A stretch of DNA of 64,000 nucleotides from a virus (IMGVR_UViG_3300045988_138996:64001-128000), one strand, 5' to 3'; positions 27,127-35,435 are shown, counted from the stretch's first letter. Notes: generated by a model not told the origin, from the sequence alone. Numbers and translations: made by a program.

Positions 27127-28063
27127 AAAAATTCCGCGTTTGCTTCTCCTTTGCAGTAATGCAATGTATAATTAAACTCTGTGATATGCTGGAAACCCCT
27201 TAGAGCCTTTAGTACCAAAGTGTGACAATCTAAAGGATTGGGCAATCAGCAGGCAGCGTAAGCGCCTCAACGACTATCCGTAAGGAGTACATCATAACAG
27301 CTGATGGAAGTGCAGAGCTCCCTTTTTCGTGTCATATGTGGCATTGCAAATAATTTTTCTATGTAATATAATAATAGAAAAGGAGATGATCACATATGAA
27401 GTATAAATATAATTTAGATTTTTTTAAAAATGATTCACCTGAAAAATATTATTTCTATGGTTTTTTAGCGTCAGATGGTTATATTTCAGATGATAAAATT
27501 AGCATTGGAATAAATGTTAAAGATAGAGAAATATTAGAAAAATTTCAAAAATTAATTTGTCCAGAAAAACCAATTTATGAAAAGACACAAACAAATTCTT
27601 TAAAATTTGAAATAACAAATAAGGATTTGTCAAAAAAATTAAAAAAATATTTTTCTATGATAACCAATAAAAAATATGAAGAAATCAGGTTTCCAAATGT
27701 TCCAGAAAAATATCTTAAAGATTTTATCCGTGGTGTAATTGATGGAGATGGAAATATCGATACAACAAAAGGATATCAAAAAGACAAAATTTATATTGGA
27801 GCAAGATTAAGAATATTAGGAAATAAGGAATTCTTAATAGAATTAAATGAAAAAACTAAATTATTATATCCACATAATACCAATGCAGTAAATAAAAAAG
27901 GAAAAGAAAATGTTTATGTGATAACATATAATTTTAAAACTGCTAGAGAATTATTAAGAATAATATATTATGATGGATGTTTATCGTTAACAAGAAAATT
28001 TAATCGATCTAGGGATGAAGATATAGTCTCAACAATTACGAAAGTTATTGATAAGAAAAAATG
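27127..28063 (+). mobile_element. group I intron 1 of the tube gene (937 nt), with a LAGLIDADG ORF between R and S
   Basis: The guide cgcgtttgcttctc (27135-27148) pairs with the exon 2 start aaacgcg (28064-28070, 7 bp) and the exon 1 end gagaggt (27120-27126, 7 bp including G-U at the splice site). P atatgctggaaacc 27184-27197, Q caatcagcagg 27243-27253, R cctcaacgactatcc 27265-27279, S aagatatagtct 28018-28029. The last base is G (28063). Confidence 0.85.
27344..27372 (+). promoter_or_regulatory. sigma70-like promoter for the tube-intron endonuclease gene
   Basis: TTGCAA (27344-27349), 17-nt spacer, TATAAT (27367-27372). Then aaaggag and ATG 27396. Confidence 0.55.
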
Positions 28064-28064
28064 A
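27396..28064 (+). CDS. LAGLIDADG homing endonuclease (short form without HTH repeats, intron-encoded)
   Basis: Motifs YYFYGFLASDGY and DFIRGVIDGDGN. The last ~16 codons overlap the ribozyme S element, and the TGA stop (28062-28064) straddles the 3' splice site. Confidence 0.8.
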   Translation: MKYKYNLDFFKNDSPEKYYFYGFLASDGYISDDKISIGINVKDREILEKFQKLICPEKPIYEKTQTNSLKFEITNKDLSKKLKKYFSMITNKKYEEIRFPNVPEKYLKDFIRGVIDGDGNIDTTKGYQKDKIYIGARLRILGNKEFLIELNEKTKLLYPHNTNAVNKKGKENVYVITYNFKTARELLRIIYYDGCLSLTRKFNRSRDEDIVSTITKVIDKKK

Positions 28065-28177
28065 AACGCGGTATTGCTGGTACTATTGTATTCACATTGT
28101 TCGACCGTGATGCCCTTGTAGATGCTCTTGCTGTTCGTGCAGCTAAAGCAGCTTATTTCCAACGTATCGGCGGTGAT
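28064..28177 (+). CDS. tail tube protein, exon 2
   Basis: KRGIAGTIVFTLFDRDALVDALAVRAAKAAYFQRIGGD aligns to the paralogue segment GPRTIAGSMVFAVLDKHVIYEII. The 5' end is fixed by guide pairing. The 3' end is approximate (28174-28185). Confidence 0.7.
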
Positions 28178-28531
28178 TTGGCGGTAGCCTAGTCGGCATA
28201 TAAAGTAATTTGTATGTCTGCAAATATATGATAGTTTGTATTTGCACCGATTGGATCGAATTGCTGGGAAATCCTAAAGCTTAAAATACCTTAATGGTTG
28301 TGAAAACAGAAATAAATTTTAAGATGATATATGGTTAAAACCTAAGTATTATAATAATGGACAATCAGCAGCGAAGTCGCAATATTGCGAAACGTTCAAC
28401 GACTATCTCGTGAAGAGAGTAGGATAAAATGCTTTCCGAAGTGGTCCATCCCATACAGTGGGAAATGATATAGTCTATGCTTATATGAAAGTATAAGAAA
28501 AACAAATTTAGCAAATTTGTGTATAAAATAT

Positions 28532-28560
28532 TTGACAATAATTAATATCACCATTATAAT
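28532..28560 (+). promoter_or_regulatory. consensus sigma70 promoter for tnpB
   Basis: TTGACA (28532-28537), exactly 17 nt, TATAAT (28555-28560). Then gaaagga and ATG 28590. Confidence 0.65.
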
Positions 28561-28589
28561 ATTCTTATAAACAAGAAAGGATATTATAT

Positions 28590-29678
28590 ATGGAAAAAAG
28601 ATTTTTATTACAAATATATCCAACAAAAGAACAAGAAAAATTAATACAAAGAACATTTGGATGCGCAAGATTCGTTTATAATTATTTTTTAGATTATAGA
28701 ATAAAAAAATATAATGAAGAAAATATTTCTTTAACTGCTAATGATTGTAGTAAAATATTAACTTCATTAAAAAAAGAAAAAGAATTTTTGCAAATTCCAG
28801 ATAAATATGCATTACAAAATGTATTAAAAGATTTAGATATGGCTTATAAAAGATTTCAAAAAGGAATTGCGAATTACCCAAAGTTTAAATCTAGAAGTAA
28901 TTATAAGACATATAGAACAAATCGATCTGGTAATAAAATTAGATTTGTTTCTGATAATATAATTATTCTTCCTAAGTTAAGAGAAGTTAAGTTTAGGAAC
29001 AATATTGTTCCAGATGGCGAAATTGTGAATGTTGCAATTATACAAAAACCTTCTGGTAAATATTATGCGTCTGTTCTTTGTAGAAATTGCAAAGTAAAAA
29101 ATATTGAAAAAACTGGCAAAAGTGTTGGTATAGATTTAGGAATAAAAGATTATATTGTTACATCTGATGGACAAAAAATTCCAAATAATCATTTTCTAAA
29201 AAAGACAATATCTAAAATAAAGAAAATGCAAAAAGAATTTGATAGAAAAAAAGATGGTAGCAATAATAAAGAAAAATTAAGAATTAAAATAGCTAAACAA
29301 TATGAAAAACTAACAAATGCAAGAAAAGATTATATTCATAAACTTTCTATGAAATTAATAGAAGAATATGATGATATTTGCATTGAAGATTTAAAGATAA
29401 AAGATATGGTTAAAAATAAACTTTTGTCTTTTGATATAATGGATTGTTCATGGTATGAATTACGAAGACAGCTTGAATATAAAGCAAAATTCTATAATAA
29501 AAGAATTCATATTGTTGATAGATATTTTCCATCGAGTAAAAAATGTTCAGTTTGTGGTTATAAAAAAGAAGATCTTTCGCTTGATGATCGATTTTGGACT
29601 TGTCCAGATTGTAATACCACTCATGATAGAGATATAAATGCAGCTAAAAATATTCTTAAAGAAGGAATGAAAAATTAA
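28590..29678 (+). CDS. tnpB: TnpB (IS200/IS605-family OrfB, RuvC-type RNA-guided nuclease), intron-encoded
   Basis: 362 aa. OrfB N-terminal pattern (LLQIYPTKEQEKLIQRTFGCARFVYNYFL). RuvC I GIDLGIKDY (D at 29133-29135). RuvC II ICIEDLKIKDM (E at 29385-29387). Zinc ribbon CSVCGY...CPDCN. RuvC III HDRDINAAKNI (D at 29631-29633). No tnpA anywhere in the window. Confidence 0.9.
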   Translation: MEKRFLLQIYPTKEQEKLIQRTFGCARFVYNYFLDYRIKKYNEENISLTANDCSKILTSLKKEKEFLQIPDKYALQNVLKDLDMAYKRFQKGIANYPKFKSRSNYKTYRTNRSGNKIRFVSDNIIILPKLREVKFRNNIVPDGEIVNVAIIQKPSGKYYASVLCRNCKVKNIEKTGKSVGIDLGIKDYIVTSDGQKIPNNHFLKKTISKIKKMQKEFDRKKDGSNNKEKLRIKIAKQYEKLTNARKDYIHKLSMKLIEEYDDICIEDLKIKDMVKNKLLSFDIMDCSWYELRRQLEYKAKFYNKRIHIVDRYFPSSKKCSVCGYKKEDLSLDDRFWTCPDCNTTHDRDINAAKNILKEGMKN

Positions 29679-29774
29679 TTATTGTTGAACCGCAGGAATT
29701 GCGGAGATTGTCTTGAGACGTTTATCGTCAATAGAAATTTTATTTTATAAAAAATTCAGATTAACTATCAACCG
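29600..29774 (+). ncRNA. candidate omega-RNA (reRNA) scaffold overlapping the tnpB 3' end and the intron 3' end
   Basis: By analogy with IS200/605 elements, where the guide RNA scaffold spans the tnpB 3' end to the element right end. Local hairpins: ccgca (29690-29694) / tgcgg (29700-29704) and gacg (29717-29720) / cgtc (29726-29729). The extent is a guess. Confidence 0.35.
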
Positions 29775-30131
29775 TACACAATTACTGAATGGGACACAAA
29801 ATTAACTAACATGGTTGTTAATTCCTTGGGCGCTAACAACAGCAATAGCCAAGTAGCTTCCACTAACCCATTCAAAGTTACACAAAATGTAGCTATTCAA
29901 TCTACTCCAAAATATTCTGACGAAATTCCTCCATTCGACATTACATTGTCCTTTGCGAACGAATATGGTCAATCTGCAGTTATGGTTATCTATGGCTGTG
30001 AAATTTTGAACGAAGCTTCTAGCTTCTCTGTAGATTCTACTACTACTGATAAAGCTTGTACTTACATTGCTCGCTCTGTCGATTACTTGCAACCAGTAGA
30101 AAACAAATACTTGCTTGATAACAAGTACTAA
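29775..30131 (+). CDS. tail tube protein, exon 3
   Basis: YTITEWDTKLTNMVVNSLG...IPPFDITLSFANEYGQSAVMVIYGCEILNEASSF aligns to the paralogue LPNFDVTLSFANEYGRQSTISVYNCTIIDEGQIM. The frame is open from 29751. The ATG at 29811 is internal. The start is approximate (29775-29793). Confidence 0.7.
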   Translation, partial: YTITEWDTKLTNMVVNSLGANNSNSQVASTNPFKVTQNVAIQSTPKYSDEIPPFDITLSFANEYGQSAVMVIYGCEILNEASSFSVDSTTTDKACTYIARSVDYLQPVENKYLLDNKY

Positions 30132-30138
30132 TAAATTC

Positions 30139-30177
30139 GGCGAGGAAATTTTTTCCTCGCCTTTTATTTTTTTCTTA
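30139..30177 (+). terminator. rho-independent terminator after the tube gene
   Basis: ggcgaggaaa (30139-30148) / tttcctcgcc (30152-30161), followed by ttttattttttt. Confidence 0.8.
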
Positions 30178-30190
30178 GGAGACAATAGGC

Positions 30191-30439
30191 GTGAAAAAAT
30201 CTCAAGAAAATACTAATCAAATATTTCTGTATCTAAATCGTGGTTTACAAGATTACATTAATAGTTCTTTATTATCTGGTGAACATTCTAGTAATGTTAA
30301 GAAAGATATGGAAGAAATATGCTATAATATTATTAGTGAGCGTAATATTGAACTTAAAACGAACATTATTACGTTGATCAATAATAGAGTTCAACAATAT
30401 ATGAAATTATATAATTTAAAGGTGAAATATGCCAAATGA
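30191..30439 (+). CDS. hypothetical small protein
   Basis: 82-aa ORF with a GTG start after aggagac. Overlaps the next gene by 11 nt. Confidence 0.4.
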   Translation: MKKSQENTNQIFLYLNRGLQDYINSSLLSGEHSSNVKKDMEEICYNIISERNIELKTNIITLINNRVQQYMKLYNLKVKYAK

Positions 30440-31679
30440 TTTGTCTTTAGGTAATAAAGACGTGGTTCAAACCTCAAAGTATACGAGAACGTATACTTCT
30501 TATAGCGGGTGTGATATTGTAGCTTCTATTAATATTACGATTCCAGGTCAAGAAACAATTTCGAAAGTATTTGGGAGCCTACAAACATTCTCCTATAGTA
30601 TACATCAAGAAAAAGCTCCGGTAAGGACATTGGGCGATGTTAATGCTATCACGTATGTCGATGGCCCAAGAACAATTGCCGGCTCTATGGTATTTGCCGT
30701 ATTAGATAAACATGTTATCTATGAGATTATAGACGATGTATATAAAAAAGGCAATTATCAAAATAAACATTTTTTAATGGATGAATTACCTAACTTTGAC
30801 GTTACATTATCGTTCGCTAATGAATATGGACGTCAGTCTACTATTAGTGTGTATAATTGTACGATAATCGATGAAGGTCAGATTATGTCGATTAACGATA
30901 TCTTAACAGAAAATACATATCATTATTATGCGACCGATATCGATTATATGACAGAGTCTCAGAACTATTATACTCTTAATGAAAAAAGTATAATTGATTC
31001 TAATCCATGGTTAACAACTAATAATGCTAAGATTAAAACGCAAAATATTAAAGTACAATATGGCATCCCTGTATTAACATTATCTAAAGAAGGATATTAT
31101 TCTTTTAAGACATATATGGATGCTCTTAATAGAAAATATAAAAAGTTAGCCGATCAGTTTATGGGCGAAAAAGAATCTGAAAAGATGGCTCAGCTTAAAA
31201 AAGATTATTATAATCTTAGAACTGAAGCCGAACAATATTATCCTTCTCAAGCATTATTATCTAAGACACAAAAGAAAGTTCGTTTCTTAGAACGTAAACG
31301 TTTAAAAGTTAATAAAGAATACGATAATTTTAGAACATCATTATACACATCAAGACGTGACGTTCCTGATTATTCTAAGTTTAGAGTTAATGGTAAAGTT
31401 AAAAACGAATCTGAAATTCCGGACTATTCTAAATATAGATTAGATCCTAAAAAAGATAATTCTAACCTTCCTTCATATGATGACTTTAGAAAGAAAGAAA
31501 ATGATCGTCATGAGAAAAAAGATGATATTCCTGATTACTCTAACTTTAGAAAAAATCGTAATAAAACTGTTAAGGAAGAAGAAGCAACTCATTATAAATT
31601 AGATGAAAATGGTAACGTGGTTATTATAGATACACATATAGACAATAAAGGAGGCGACGATAATATTGAACACATCTAG
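30429..31679 (+). CDS. tube-like paralogue with a C-terminal repeat extension
   Basis: The N-terminal ~190 aa are colinear with the spliced tube gene (shared SGCDIVA, EKAPV, R.IAG..VF, FD(I/V)TLSFANEYG). The C-terminus carries four copies of [IVL]P(D/S)Y(S/D)(K/N/D)(F/Y)R at 31362-31550. Confidence 0.65.
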   Translation: MPNDLSLGNKDVVQTSKYTRTYTSYSGCDIVASINITIPGQETISKVFGSLQTFSYSIHQEKAPVRTLGDVNAITYVDGPRTIAGSMVFAVLDKHVIYEIIDDVYKKGNYQNKHFLMDELPNFDVTLSFANEYGRQSTISVYNCTIIDEGQIMSINDILTENTYHYYATDIDYMTESQNYYTLNEKSIIDSNPWLTTNNAKIKTQNIKVQYGIPVLTLSKEGYYSFKTYMDALNRKYKKLADQFMGEKESEKMAQLKKDYYNLRTEAEQYYPSQALLSKTQKKVRFLERKRLKVNKEYDNFRTSLYTSRRDVPDYSKFRVNGKVKNESEIPDYSKYRLDPKKDNSNLPSYDDFRKKENDRHEKKDDIPDYSNFRKNRNKTVKEEEATHYKLDENGNVVIIDTHIDNKGGDDNIEHI

Positions 31680-33384
31680 TATTACATTTTTGTGGCAATT
31701 TGAAGATTTCGTCTCTTTGTATTGTAACGATTATTTTAATGGTCATACTACGTTACATGTTGATGACGGATCTAAAGTAAGAGATTTTGCATTAGACGAT
31801 GCTAATATTATTATCGATGATTTAGAAAATAATATGTATCGTTTATGGACATCTGGTCCTGATGGAAAATCTGAAGAAAAATACATCGAGATTTTTTCAG
31901 AAACGATGACCGATCAAATTGAATATCTTAACGATATATCTATTCAAGTTAAAGACATTCAAACAATTGTTGATTATGCCGAAAACATTTCGAATGAAAG
32001 AGGTTTAAATTTAGTCGAATCTTTGTACTATGCCTATTTAGCTACAAATGATAAGAAGCAAAAATTGAATTTCTTTTATTTGTTAATGGGCGCTATTAAA
32101 TTAAATAATAATAATAATTTTAATAACAATATCGATAATAATAGTAGCTTATATATTTATGATTCACAGCGAGCATTAATGAATCCTGAATTGGCTAATG
32201 CATTTTTATCAGGATCTATTAAGTTATATAAATTTACCGGCAAGTTTTATGAATATCAAGATACCGTATTCTTTGATAAAGAAGACGTCGATTTATCTTT
32301 CTTAGATCGAGATTATTTATATCGATTAGATATCATTGTCGACAATCAATTAATTAATAGTTATTATACATTAAATCCTACAATTGATACGACTAAGCAA
32401 GTATGGGATAGATTGTATAAAATAGTAGAGTCTATTAATAGTCGATTAAATGGACTTAGATATTTACCATTGGCTTATCATAAATTCGACGAGGAAACAC
32501 AACTTGCTATTAGTTTACTAATGGATAAGAATGTCGATGCTCATTATTTACAACAACCAAGAATTGGTGTCGACGAAGAATATATCACGGCACATATCGA
32601 AGGCGCTAATAAATATTCTGATTTAGACGGTGTATATTTCTGTATCACTGATGTCGAAGGCTTAGCATCTGATCAAATTTTATTTAAGAAGAAAGTCGAT
32701 AATTTAATTGTCGATTTACCAATACAAGGTAATTCTATCTATGACGGCTGTTATTATTCTTTTTTAACAGACTCTAATAAAAGAATTATCTCGCCAGTAA
32801 CATTGTTTAATATTAATGAAGATATTGAACATGATTATATAGAGGCAACGTTAAAAATATCTCAAAAACAATTATTAAATTTCTTATACGAAGAATTTGA
32901 AGAAGAAGACGTTAATAAATATTATTATTTATTTACTGATTGTATTGGCAATAATGAAGTAACATTGTCTAATTATCTTGATAGAGTTATCGATCGATTC
33001 GTACAATCTAACTTTAACGAAGACTTCTTCGATTTAATTCATTATATTAATGTATATAGATTTAGTAATCAAACATATTCTAATCAAAATTTATTAGCTT
33101 ATAATGATGAACCTGCTCATAGAATTATAATGCCTAACGATGCTAACAAAGAATATATTATGCAAGCCGTTAAGTTTAAACGTGGCGAAAATTATAAGTA
33201 TGATTATAAATTAGTTAATGATAATGCTGATTATATAACATATGACGATGCAGATTATACAGTAATTTCTATATTCGAAAAAGATACGGCAATGCATTGT
33301 GGATTAATTACGATTAATCGAATTGGTTTTGATTATCGTATTAATACATGGAATATATCTGTATCTAATAAATTAGACATTTAA
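31666..33384 (+). CDS. hypothetical protein (Asn-rich low-complexity tract)
   Basis: 572-aa ORF with KLNNNNNFNNNIDNNSS around 32100-32150. No family recognised. Confidence 0.45.
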   Translation: MNTSSITFLWQFEDFVSLYCNDYFNGHTTLHVDDGSKVRDFALDDANIIIDDLENNMYRLWTSGPDGKSEEKYIEIFSETMTDQIEYLNDISIQVKDIQTIVDYAENISNERGLNLVESLYYAYLATNDKKQKLNFFYLLMGAIKLNNNNNFNNNIDNNSSLYIYDSQRALMNPELANAFLSGSIKLYKFTGKFYEYQDTVFFDKEDVDLSFLDRDYLYRLDIIVDNQLINSYYTLNPTIDTTKQVWDRLYKIVESINSRLNGLRYLPLAYHKFDEETQLAISLLMDKNVDAHYLQQPRIGVDEEYITAHIEGANKYSDLDGVYFCITDVEGLASDQILFKKKVDNLIVDLPIQGNSIYDGCYYSFLTDSNKRIISPVTLFNINEDIEHDYIEATLKISQKQLLNFLYEEFEEEDVNKYYYLFTDCIGNNEVTLSNYLDRVIDRFVQSNFNEDFFDLIHYINVYRFSNQTYSNQNLLAYNDEPAHRIIMPNDANKEYIMQAVKFKRGENYKYDYKLVNDNADYITYDDADYTVISIFEKDTAMHCGLITINRIGFDYRINTWNISVSNKLDI

Positions 33385-33405
33385 TGAAAGGTTTGTTATA
33401 ATAAT

Positions 33406-34044
33406 ATGAGACGTAAACGATATGATAATCACCTTTCTAGTCAATTATCTTATACGAATAAAGTTGTCGAACAAGATATAACAAGAACGTCGTCTGGATA
33501 TATTAAAAAGAATCCAGTATATAAACGTTATTTTTCTCAGATCGATGCAAACGTTTGGTTCGGTGATAAACTTGTAACCGATATACAAAATATATCGTAT
33601 GGATTACAGCAACACGATATGCCTTTATTCGGATATAATTCTTACATTTACGATGAATTAGCAATAGGTAATCGACTAGTACAAGGAACGTTTACTATTA
33701 ATTTTACGGCTCCGTTATATATTGAAACTATTATAGATAGTTATCAGAATATGACAACTAATGTTACTGATAAGACAACTGAAGACGATTATAATAAAGT
33801 CATAGCTCCGCATTATGCAGGAAATGTCGTTACGACGAATCCAGAGCATAATGCTATTTGGCGTAAAGGATTTGAAATCGATATTCTATATGGACAGGAC
33901 GATGATATCATTGGTCAACCTCTTCATGTTATCTTATTAGATTGTCATATTATGTCAGTACAAACAATACATGATTCATCTGGTCATCCTATACTAGAAC
34001 AATATACATTTATATCGAGAGACCGAAAAGTAATTAATAAATAG
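33406..34044 (+). CDS. second tube-like paralogue (distant)
   Basis: The pattern ...NVWFGDKLVTDIQNISYGLQQHDMPLFGYNSYIYDELAIGNRLVQGTFTINF mirrors ...AEIQGITVSINREKAPVYTFGSAEPRSISRGKRGIAGTIVFTLF in the tube gene. The similarity is weak. Confidence 0.35.
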   Translation: MRRKRYDNHLSSQLSYTNKVVEQDITRTSSGYIKKNPVYKRYFSQIDANVWFGDKLVTDIQNISYGLQQHDMPLFGYNSYIYDELAIGNRLVQGTFTINFTAPLYIETIIDSYQNMTTNVTDKTTEDDYNKVIAPHYAGNVVTTNPEHNAIWRKGFEIDILYGQDDDIIGQPLHVILLDCHIMSVQTIHDSSGHPILEQYTFISRDRKVINK

Positions 34045-34053
34045 GCGGTTAAT

Positions 34054-34632
34054 ATGCAAAATAAAAAGAAACATAAATTCCAACAACAACGTGAAAAAAT
34101 TCAAATGCATGAAACAATCACGACACAAGATACTCCAGAAGTAACTGTTAAAGAAACGACTGAAGCCGATATAAAAGAAACGGTAAAAAAAAACGAAATT
34201 TCGGAAGAATCTACAAATTCTGTGAGTCAAGATTCTAATCTTGAATATGAATACGATCCAGCTGATGTTGAATATTTAACAATCGATAAAGCTAACGAAA
34301 TTCGTGAAGCATATCCTGGTCAATGTCGTCGATTTGCTTTTGATGGTGAACAAATGATTATCATTCGTAAAGTACAACGTGAAGAAGTACCATTGATGAT
34401 GAACTTAACACCGGATCAACAAGCATATATTAATTCTTTAGAAGATGAATATGAACAACGACGTGCTATCGAAGATGCTCGTAATTATAATTTAGTTAAA
34501 TATTTTATTCCGTTCCCATCTGCTGATCGTATTAATTATTTAATCGATAATTATGTTGGTTTTGTACCATTAGTATCTGATAGAATTTTACAAATTTCTG
34601 GTTTTACTGCATCTCCGATGGTGGAATTATAA
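34054..34632 (+). CDS. hypothetical protein (tail assembly chaperone position)
   Basis: 192-aa acidic protein upstream of the giant ORFs. Assigned by position only. Confidence 0.35.
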   Translation: MQNKKKHKFQQQREKIQMHETITTQDTPEVTVKETTEADIKETVKKNEISEESTNSVSQDSNLEYEYDPADVEYLTIDKANEIREAYPGQCRRFAFDGEQMIIIRKVQREEVPLMMNLTPDQQAYINSLEDEYEQRRAIEDARNYNLVKYFIPFPSADRINYLIDNYVGFVPLVSDRILQISGFTASPMVEL

Positions 34633-35435
34633 TGGAAGAACGTTTTGATGTTATATATGATCAGTTAAAAAATTACTATAAACATATCTTTACTTATTCT
34701 TCTTATGAGTTTCCTATTATTTATATTCCGTTAACTAGGGCTCAATATTATGATTTGTTCGAGGATCCTAATATGATGGATATGGAACGTGAAGATATTA
34801 TATGTAAAACTTGTATCGTATATCCTGAAAATATTAATATAGAAAAAATGCCAGCAGGTGTTGTTTCTGATATTGCTGATAAGATTTTGGAAGCTTCTTT
34901 TATGAGCGAAAAAGGACGCAAGATGTTATTTGCAGCAGCTGCTAAAAAAATGCAAAACGTCGATCGTCAAATTTCTTGTATTATTCACGAAGCATTTCCA
35001 GAATATGATATCGAAGATATCGATAATTGGAATATGTTACGCACAACAGACTTCCTTATTAGAAGTGAATGGATTCTTCGTACGATTCAAGGTAAGCCAC
35101 CGCTCGATATCGAAAAGATATTAACACAAGGCAGTGATATTACTTTAAAACCAGAAGATCCTCGATTCTATAACGAAGAAAAAGCAGAGTTTGATCGTTT
35201 ACGAGAAATCAATACTCCGGCTGAAAATAATAAACCTGTTCCTAAAAAGAAAACGACATTAAAACGTCCTCAACGTCGACGCAATCAAGTATCTGAAGAA
35301 CAACTTGCAAGTATGTTCCCAGAAGCATTTGAAAATGCTGGCGATGAAAAATCTTTTAAAGATATGGCTATGGGTTCTAAAAATCCTAACGATATGACGT
35401 TAGCAGAACTTGCAGAATTAAGAAATAATAATTAA
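34632..35435 (+). CDS. hypothetical protein (tail assembly chaperone position)
   Basis: 267-aa ORF whose ATG overlaps the previous stop (taATGg). Assigned by position only. Confidence 0.35.
   Translation: MEERFDVIYDQLKNYYKHIFTYSSYEFPIIYIPLTRAQYYDLFEDPNMMDMEREDIICKTCIVYPENINIEKMPAGVVSDIADKILEASFMSEKGRKMLFAAAAKKMQNVDRQISCIIHEAFPEYDIEDIDNWNMLRTTDFLIRSEWILRTIQGKPPLDIEKILTQGSDITLKPEDPRFYNEEKAEFDRLREINTPAENNKPVPKKKTTLKRPQRRRNQVSEEQLASMFPEAFENAGDEKSFKDMAMGSKNPNDMTLAELAELRNNN

Larger units (their letters stand above)
28178..29774 (+). mobile_element. IStron-like group I intron 2 of the tube gene, carrying tnpB (about 1.6 kb)
   Basis: Complete core at the 5' end: P gaattgctgggaaatcc 28258-28274, Q caatcagcagcg 28362-28373, R gttcaacgactatc 28394-28407, S gatatagtct 28467-28476, then P9-like hairpins. 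After that come a consensus promoter, tnpB, and a ~100-nt structured tail ending in G (29774). Intron agtaatt+tgta (28204-28214) can pair with the exon 3 start taca(c)aattact (29775-29786). Confidence 0.7.

Noticed and set aside
6842-28476. Dispersed ~12-15-nt repeats (gttcaacgactatcc, aagatatagtct, aattgctgg, aatcagcagc) recurring at six loci. Considered as a CRISPR-like or other repeat system.
   Set aside because: Spacing is irregular and runs to kilobases. The four elements always occur in the fixed order P-Q-R-S with complementary pairs, which is the conserved group I intron core and not a repeat array.
28396-28668. Minus-strand 90-aa ORF over the IStron core, promoter and tnpB start. Also minus ORFs at 27042..27245, 27968..28162, 29802..30185 and 8552..8860.
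   Set aside because: They overlap ribozyme cores, promoters or exons on the other strand. AT-rich sequence yields such hydrophobic pseudo-ORFs by chance.
34185-34193. A9 tract inside ORF 34054..34632, considered as a programmed frameshift or slippage site producing a chaperone fusion like gpG/gpGT.
   Set aside because: It lies near the 5' end of the ORF, and no extended alternative-frame ORF follows it. The next gene has its own ATG overlapping the stop. There is no support beyond the homopolymer.
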